From sequence record MK327943.1: DNA of 64,000 nt; one strand, written 5' to 3'. Within the stretch, counting starts at the first letter, position 1. Every line of letters begins with the position of its first letter. Shown in pieces: positions 57,173 to 64,000 of this stretch. This DNA comes from Escherichia phage vB_EcoM_G53. The position numbers and the translations under genes are program-made. Under the pieces are notes generated by a model that saw only the letters and a list, made by a program, of their open reading frames with translations, did no database searches and had not been told where the DNA came from.

Positions 57173-58977
57173 TGAAACAAAATATTAAAATTGGTAACGT
57201 CGTTGATGACGGACAAGGCGATTACCTTCGTCGAGGTGGTGAAAAAATAAATGAGAACTTTGACGAAATCTATTATGAATTAGGTGATGGTGAAGTTCCT
57301 TATGCCGCTGGCGCATGGAAGACTTATGATGCGGCTGATGGTCTTAATCTTAAGGCTGCTTGGGGTAAATCTTATGCAATTAATACTACTTCTGGACGAG
57401 TTTCGGTAAATCTTCCTAAAGGGACAATTGCAGACTATAATAAAGTTATTCGTGCTCGTGACGTATTTGCAACTTGGAACATTAACCCTGTTACTTTAAT
57501 TCCGGCAAACGGGGACACGATTAAAGGTTCTTCATCTCCGGTAGAAATTAACGTTCAGTTCTCTGATTTAGAATTAGTTTATTGTGCTCCTGGTCGTTGG
57601 GAATACATCAAGAACAAACAAATTGATAAAATAGTTAGCTCTGACATTAGTAATGTTGCTCGTAGAGAATATCTGGTTGAAACCCAAGGTCAGACCGATT
57701 TCATGGATGTTTTTAACGGGACCTCTTATAACGTTAACAACATTCGCGTAAAACATCGTGGCAACGAATTGTATTATGGTGATGTATTCAGTGATAATAG
57801 TGATTTTGGTTCTCCAGGCGCTAATCCTGGTGAACTGGTTGCACTCGATGGATTTAATATTAGATTACGCCAACCGTGTAATGTTGGGGACACTGTACAA
57901 ATTGAGACATTCCTAGACGGTGTTTCTCAGTGGCGTAGTTCATATACTCGTCGCCAAGTTCGCATTTTAGATAGTAAATTGACTGCTAAAAAGTCTATTG
58001 ATGGAAGTATTTACGTCACTGATTTGAGTACATTCAGGTCTATTCCATTTACAGCATTTGGTATTAATCCTACAGAACCACCTAACCCGAATTCATTAGA
58101 AGTTCGCTTCAATGGTATTCTCCAAGAATTAGCTGGTACTGTTGGAACTCCTATTTTCCGTTGTGAAGGTGTGGATGCTGATTCTGAAGAGTCGTGCGCT
58201 AATCTAGGTGGGACATGGACTCAATCGTATACAGATTATGCGATTGAGTATACTGATAATACCCCTAGCGCAATTCTGTTTGACCGTCAATTTGAAGACC
58301 AAGACATTATTACCATCACATGGTTTAATAACGATTTAGGAACTCTTCTTGAAATGGAAGAAATCCTTGATGTCGCTGATGAGAAATATGTTTCTCAAGG
58401 GTCTAACATTGAAATTACTGGCGATGTTGCATTAACCGATTTTGATAAAATCGGCTGGCCTAATGTAGAACCTGTTCCTACATATGAACGTGAATTCTCG
58501 ACTATTTCAGCAATATTTGACACAATTTATCCTGTTGGGACTATTTACGAAAATGCTGTTAACCCTAATAATCCGGCCACTTATTTAGGTTTTGGTTCGT
58601 GGAAAATTTGGGGACAAGGCAAAGTATTAGCAGGTTGGAATGACGACGCATCCGATCCTAATTTTGCATTAAATAATAATGACCTTGACGTCAATGGTAA
58701 CCCTACTCATACCGCGGGTGGTACCGTTGGTGTAACAACCATCACATTAGAAAATGCTGATTTACCGGCTACACAAACCGATGAAAAGGTTCTTATTTCT
58801 GATGATAATGGTACAGTAATTATAGGCGGTTGCCAATATGACCCGGATGAAGAAGGTCCTATTTACACTAAATATCGTGAAGACCATGCAAAGACTAATG
58901 AATCTCATGTTCCAGCGCGTTCTATAACTAATATTCAGCCATCTATAACTGTATACCGTTGGGTAAGGATTGCATAA
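57172..58977 (+). CDS. 10: Baseplate wedge / tail pin protein gp10
   Basis: 601 aa; T4 gp10 length and position. Confidence 0.9.
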   Translation: MKQNIKIGNVVDDGQGDYLRRGGEKINENFDEIYYELGDGEVPYAAGAWKTYDAADGLNLKAAWGKSYAINTTSGRVSVNLPKGTIADYNKVIRARDVFATWNINPVTLIPANGDTIKGSSSPVEINVQFSDLELVYCAPGRWEYIKNKQIDKIVSSDISNVARREYLVETQGQTDFMDVFNGTSYNVNNIRVKHRGNELYYGDVFSDNSDFGSPGANPGELVALDGFNIRLRQPCNVGDTVQIETFLDGVSQWRSSYTRRQVRILDSKLTAKKSIDGSIYVTDLSTFRSIPFTAFGINPTEPPNPNSLEVRFNGILQELAGTVGTPIFRCEGVDADSEESCANLGGTWTQSYTDYAIEYTDNTPSAILFDRQFEDQDIITITWFNNDLGTLLEMEEILDVADEKYVSQGSNIEITGDVALTDFDKIGWPNVEPVPTYEREFSTISAIFDTIYPVGTIYENAVNPNNPATYLGFGSWKIWGQGKVLAGWNDDASDPNFALNNNDLDVNGNPTHTAGGTVGVTTITLENADLPATQTDEKVLISDDNGTVIIGGCQYDPDEEGPIYTKYREDHAKTNESHVPARSITNIQPSITVYRWVRIA

Positions 58978-59636
58978 TGACTGTACTTAATACAAAGGCG
59001 GGAGTTATTTCCCGCCATGCTGATTTTTTGAATTACAGAAAAAATCCAGCTCAAATTGATGTTTTAAACAACCAAGCTGTAGGTTCCGTGACTATTTCTC
59101 AGTTAGCTCGCGGTTTTTATGACGCTAACGTAGAATCTGCAATAAATGATGTCCATAATATGGCACGAGCTGATATTGGTACTGTTGTCACAAACACTTC
59201 AGGCATATCGCCTGAAGGTACAGCACAAGTTGATTATTGGACTTTTTCTGGTGATGTTCTCGACGATACTTTGGCCCCTGGAACGCCTGTCGTTATTAAC
59301 GTATTTGGACTTGCTGTTAAAGCAACAATCGGTATGACTGATAACGAATTAACGGCACAAGTTCGTATAGCTTTACAAGAAGCCATTGCTAATCAAATCG
59401 CTATTTCTTCTTATAAAGACCATCCGTCTGAAGGTAATAAACTTCAGGTGACATATTTAGATAACCAACGTCATGTGTTGCCAACATATGCTTCGTTTGG
59501 TGTAACAATTTCGCAAGAAATTTTGTCTGAAGCAAAATCCGGATACGGAACATGGAATTTATTGGGTGCCCAAACGGTTACTCTTGATAACCATGGTACT
59601 CCTACCGTTTTCTACCACTTTGTGAGAGCCTCATGA
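58977..59636 (+). CDS. 11: Baseplate wedge / short-fibre attachment protein gp11
   Basis: 219 aa from [10 protein letters not shown]; the start shares a base with the gene 10 stop (TAATG). Confidence 0.9.
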   Translation: MTVLNTKAGVISRHADFLNYRKNPAQIDVLNNQAVGSVTISQLARGFYDANVESAINDVHNMARADIGTVVTNTSGISPEGTAQVDYWTFSGDVLDDTLAPGTPVVINVFGLAVKATIGMTDNELTAQVRIALQEAIANQIAISSYKDHPSEGNKLQVTYLDNQRHVLPTYASFGVTISQEILSEAKSGYGTWNLLGAQTVTLDNHGTPTVFYHFVRAS

Positions 59637-61216
59637 GTAATAACAATACATACCAACACGTTTCAAATGAATCTATTTACGTTGAATTCGACCCCGTAGG
59701 GTCGAATTTTCCAGACACAGTCACTAATGTCCAAGCCGCATTAGCTGCCATTTCTCCTTCAGGTGTTAATGGCGTACCGGAAGCAACAACTACTACACCT
59801 GGAATTATTCAAATAGCTACTCCACAAGAAGTTATTGATGGATTAGATAATAGTAAAGCTGTTACTCCGGCAACACTGAATGCTCGTCTACAATATCCTA
59901 ATGCAACCGAAACTCAATATGGCTTAACTCGTTATGCTACTGAAGATGAAGCAGTAACAGGAACTATTGACGATGCATCAATTACTCCGCTTAAATTGAA
60001 TCAAAAAATAGACAATGTATTTCAGACAAAAGTGTCAACAGAAGCAACAAATGGTGTAATTAAAATTTCAACTTCTGCTGCGGCATTAGCCGGTTCTGAT
60101 GATACGACGGCAATGACTCCGTTAAAAACGCAACAATTAGCAATTAAACTTATTTCGCAAATTGCTCCAAATAATGGTGACGCAACCGAATCTATTACTG
60201 GTGTTGTTCGTTTGGCTACAGTTGCTCAAGCGCAACAAGGCACCCTTCGTGAAGGCTATGCAATTTCACCTTATACCTTTATGAATTCAGTAGCATCAGA
60301 AACTAATAAAGGTGTCGTTAAACTAGGGACACAGACCGAAGTAAATAGTAACAACTCTTCAGTTGTAGTGACCGGCGCAACATTAAACGGGCGTGGGGCT
60401 ACAACTTCTTTACGTGGAGTTGTTCGTTTAACTACACAAGCGGGTAGCCAATCAGGTGGTGATGGTTCTTCTGCCCTTGCTTGGAATGCTGATGTTATCC
60501 ACCAACGAGGCGGACAAACTATTAATGGCACGCTTCGCATTAATAATACGTTGACGGTTGGTTCTGGTGGCGCTAATATAACGGGTAATGTCAATATGAC
60601 CGGTGGTTATATTCAAGGCAATCGTATTGTGACTCAAAATGAATTGGACCGAATTCTTCCAGTTGGCGCTATTACAATGTGGGCTGCAGATAGTTTACCG
60701 AGTTCTGACTGGCGCTTCTGTCATGGTGGGACCGTTTCTGCTTCAGAATGTCCTGTATATGCTTCCAGAATTGGGACACGATATGGTGGTAGCTCTTCTA
60801 ACCCAGGCTTGCCTGATATGCGTGGATTATTTGTTCGCGGCTCAGGTCGTGGTAACCATTTAACTAACCCTAATGTTAATGGTAATGACCAATTCGGTAA
60901 GCCTCGTCTGGCGGTAGGTTGTACCGGTGGATATGTCGGTGAAGTGCAAAAACAACAGATGTCGTATCATAAGCATGCTGGTGGTTTTGGCGAACATGAC
61001 GATTCCGGTGCATTTGGTAATACTCGTCGTTCAAACTTTGTTGGTACTCGTAAAGGACTTGACTGGGATAACCGTTCATATTTTACTAACGAAGGATATG
61101 AAATTGATCCAGCGTCTCAGCGTAACTCTAAATATACCATGAATCGTCCAGAATTAATTGGAAATGAAACTCGTCCATGGAATATTTCTTTAAACTATAT
61201 CATTAAGGTAAAATAA
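59633..61216 (+). CDS. 12: Short tail fibre protein gp12
   Basis: 527 aa, the T4 gp12 length; Gly/Thr/Ser-rich repeats. Confidence 0.9.
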   Translation: MSNNNTYQHVSNESIYVEFDPVGSNFPDTVTNVQAALAAISPSGVNGVPEATTTTPGIIQIATPQEVIDGLDNSKAVTPATLNARLQYPNATETQYGLTRYATEDEAVTGTIDDASITPLKLNQKIDNVFQTKVSTEATNGVIKISTSAAALAGSDDTTAMTPLKTQQLAIKLISQIAPNNGDATESITGVVRLATVAQAQQGTLREGYAISPYTFMNSVASETNKGVVKLGTQTEVNSNNSSVVVTGATLNGRGATTSLRGVVRLTTQAGSQSGGDGSSALAWNADVIHQRGGQTINGTLRINNTLTVGSGGANITGNVNMTGGYIQGNRIVTQNELDRILPVGAITMWAADSLPSSDWRFCHGGTVSASECPVYASRIGTRYGGSSSNPGLPDMRGLFVRGSGRGNHLTNPNVNGNDQFGKPRLAVGCTGGYVGEVQKQQMSYHKHAGGFGEHDDSGAFGNTRRSNFVGTRKGLDWDNRSYFTNEGYEIDPASQRNSKYTMNRPELIGNETRPWNISLNYIIKVK

Positions 61217-62664
61217 TGACTGATATAACTCTGGTAGATTTACCATATGTTGACGGCCCGCCAGACGCGGGTCAGAGTCGTATTGAATGGATTAAAAACG
61301 ATGAAGAAATAACAGGTGCTGACACAAAATACGGTTCTGAAGGTGTAATGAACCGCCCTATTGTTGAAGTTCAACGTAACGTAGAAGCGTTAGATGTTAA
61401 TATTAAAACTATAGCATCTTCTTTGAATACGGCCAATGAAGATATCAAAGTTATTCAAGGTATTTTAGATGTTTCTGGGGATGTTGATGCTCTTGCACAG
61501 ATAGGCCAGAACACCCAAGATATTGATGTCATTAAAGTCACAGTTCAAACCCATGCTAGTGAATTGAATGATTTGAATGAACATATTGATGCGAATACTG
61601 ATGATATTGGTGTTTATAATCAGGAAACAGATTCAGTTTATAGAACGGTTCGTAATGACCTGCTTTGGATTAAAAATGAATTAGGACAATATACTGGTCA
61701 AGATATTAATGGGGTTCCTACTCCAGGAAATGATAGCACTGGTATGAAACGCCGTATTATGACTAATAGCTCCGTAATTGTTGACCACGGTGTTCGATTA
61801 ACTGATTTAGAAACTAAATTTGCTGATTCTGACGTCGGCTCTTTAACTATTGAAGTCGAACACTTGCGCGAAGAAATGGGGCCTCGTACTTCTTTCACTA
61901 CTCCAGTGTTTAGTCGTCTTTCCGGTATTGATTTAACTTTGTCGCGTCAAAATGCTGACTTGGATGGCATTAAACAGTCTATTGGGTATCCTAATACGAC
62001 TTCTATTATTACTACAACTAATGCGAATAGTTCAGCAATAAACGACATTAATCTTGAGCTCAATCAATCAGGTGGTATTAAACCTCGTTTGACTACGGTA
62101 GAAACTGCCATTGGCGCTGATGATTTGCCTACTACAATCCAAGGACGTATTAAACTCAATACTGATGCTATCGGAGCATTGAACACTGTTGTCGGCTCTG
62201 ATTCTTCGTCAGGACTGCGTTTTAATGTGTCATGGTTAAATAACGTAGTTGGTGTTGACGCTTCAGGTGGGAAACCGGAACCAGACGGCTCTTTGCTTTA
62301 TCGTACTCGAGAGCTTGAAGGAACTATCAGTGGGATGAGTAATGACATTCAGAACATTCAAACTGATGTTGGGACTAATAGCACAGGAATTAAGGGTTCT
62401 GTAAACACATTAAATACTCTTATAAATGGCACCAACCCAAATGGTTCGACTGTTGAAGAACGCGGTATATTGCCTACAGTTAAAAGTCATGATATGACAA
62501 TTAATGGTTTAACTTCTAGAATTGCTACTCTTGAAACTGATTTGGCCGCTGCAGAAGCTGAAATCCAAACTCTTAAGGACGCTGGATATATTGAAGATGC
62601 TCCTTCAGACGGTAAATTCTATGTTCGCAAAGATGGCGCATGGGTTGAACTTCCTACAGCTTAA
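61216..62664 (+). CDS. wac: Fibritin (whisker antigen control) with C-terminal foldon
   Basis: 482 aa; C-terminus GYIEDAPSDGKFYVRKDGAWVELPTA is a foldon-type trimerisation domain; coiled-coil body. Confidence 0.92.
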   Translation: MTDITLVDLPYVDGPPDAGQSRIEWIKNDEEITGADTKYGSEGVMNRPIVEVQRNVEALDVNIKTIASSLNTANEDIKVIQGILDVSGDVDALAQIGQNTQDIDVIKVTVQTHASELNDLNEHIDANTDDIGVYNQETDSVYRTVRNDLLWIKNELGQYTGQDINGVPTPGNDSTGMKRRIMTNSSVIVDHGVRLTDLETKFADSDVGSLTIEVEHLREEMGPRTSFTTPVFSRLSGIDLTLSRQNADLDGIKQSIGYPNTTSIITTTNANSSAINDINLELNQSGGIKPRLTTVETAIGADDLPTTIQGRIKLNTDAIGALNTVVGSDSSSGLRFNVSWLNNVVGVDASGGKPEPDGSLLYRTRELEGTISGMSNDIQNIQTDVGTNSTGIKGSVNTLNTLINGTNPNGSTVEERGILPTVKSHDMTINGLTSRIATLETDLAAAEAEIQTLKDAGYIEDAPSDGKFYVRKDGAWVELPTA

Positions 62665-62670
62665 TGAAAA

Positions 62671-62684
62671 GGGCCTTCGGGCCC
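62671..62684 (+). terminator. Hairpin GGGCC-TTCG-GGCCC after wac (weak T-tract)
   Basis: Tetraloop hairpin 7 nt after the wac stop; followed by TAAAGGATTTATATG. Confidence 0.4.
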
Positions 62685-62696
62685 TAAAGGATTTAT

Positions 62697-64000
<1,304 letters not shown>

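Noticed and set aside
47367-61898. Minus-strand ORFs inside the late genes (47367-47549, 48399-48731, 48868-49188, 49869-50087, 51596-51862, 53340-53522, 56224-56730, 56893-57081, 57574-57756, 60271-60594, 60452-60637, 60876-61079, 61698-61898) and nested plus-strand ORFs (47631-47837, 50724-50918, 53012-53266 and similar)
   Set aside because: They are embedded in the long baseplate and tail-fibre reading frames that match T4 proteins; no independent signals.

Overview
This window is a contiguous segment of a T-even (T4-like, Tevenvirinae) coliphage genome. The gene 43 N-terminus reads MKEFYLTVEQIGDSIFERYIDSNGRER..., which I recognise from memory as the RB69-type rather than the T4-type DNA polymerase, so the phage is RB69 or a very close relative. 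Positions 1 to about 46970 are transcribed leftward (minus strand): the replication/recombination core (43, regA, 62, 44, 45, rpbA, 46, 47, 55, 49), nucleotide metabolism genes (nrdC, tk, gene 1), and a long early region of small tightly packed ORFs separated by recurring promoter-plus-stem-loop cassettes. That early region holds seven ORFs with the internal-protein capsid-targeting N-terminus, lysozyme e, denV, regB, nudE, two tRNAs, 57B (Acb1), 57A and genes 3, 2, 4. Positions 47030 to 64000 are plus-strand late baseplate and tail genes (53, 5, 5.1, 5.4, 6, 7, 8, 9, 10, 11, 12, wac, 13, and the start of 14). I found no rRNA, CRISPR array, transposon or recognisable homing endonuclease. I did not find a clearly novel multi-gene system; the most interesting material is the diversified internal-protein cargo, a denV reading frame that runs without a stop into an internal-protein-like ORF, and several lineage-specific paralog families. 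All calls are by eye from the translations and sequence; no searches were run.
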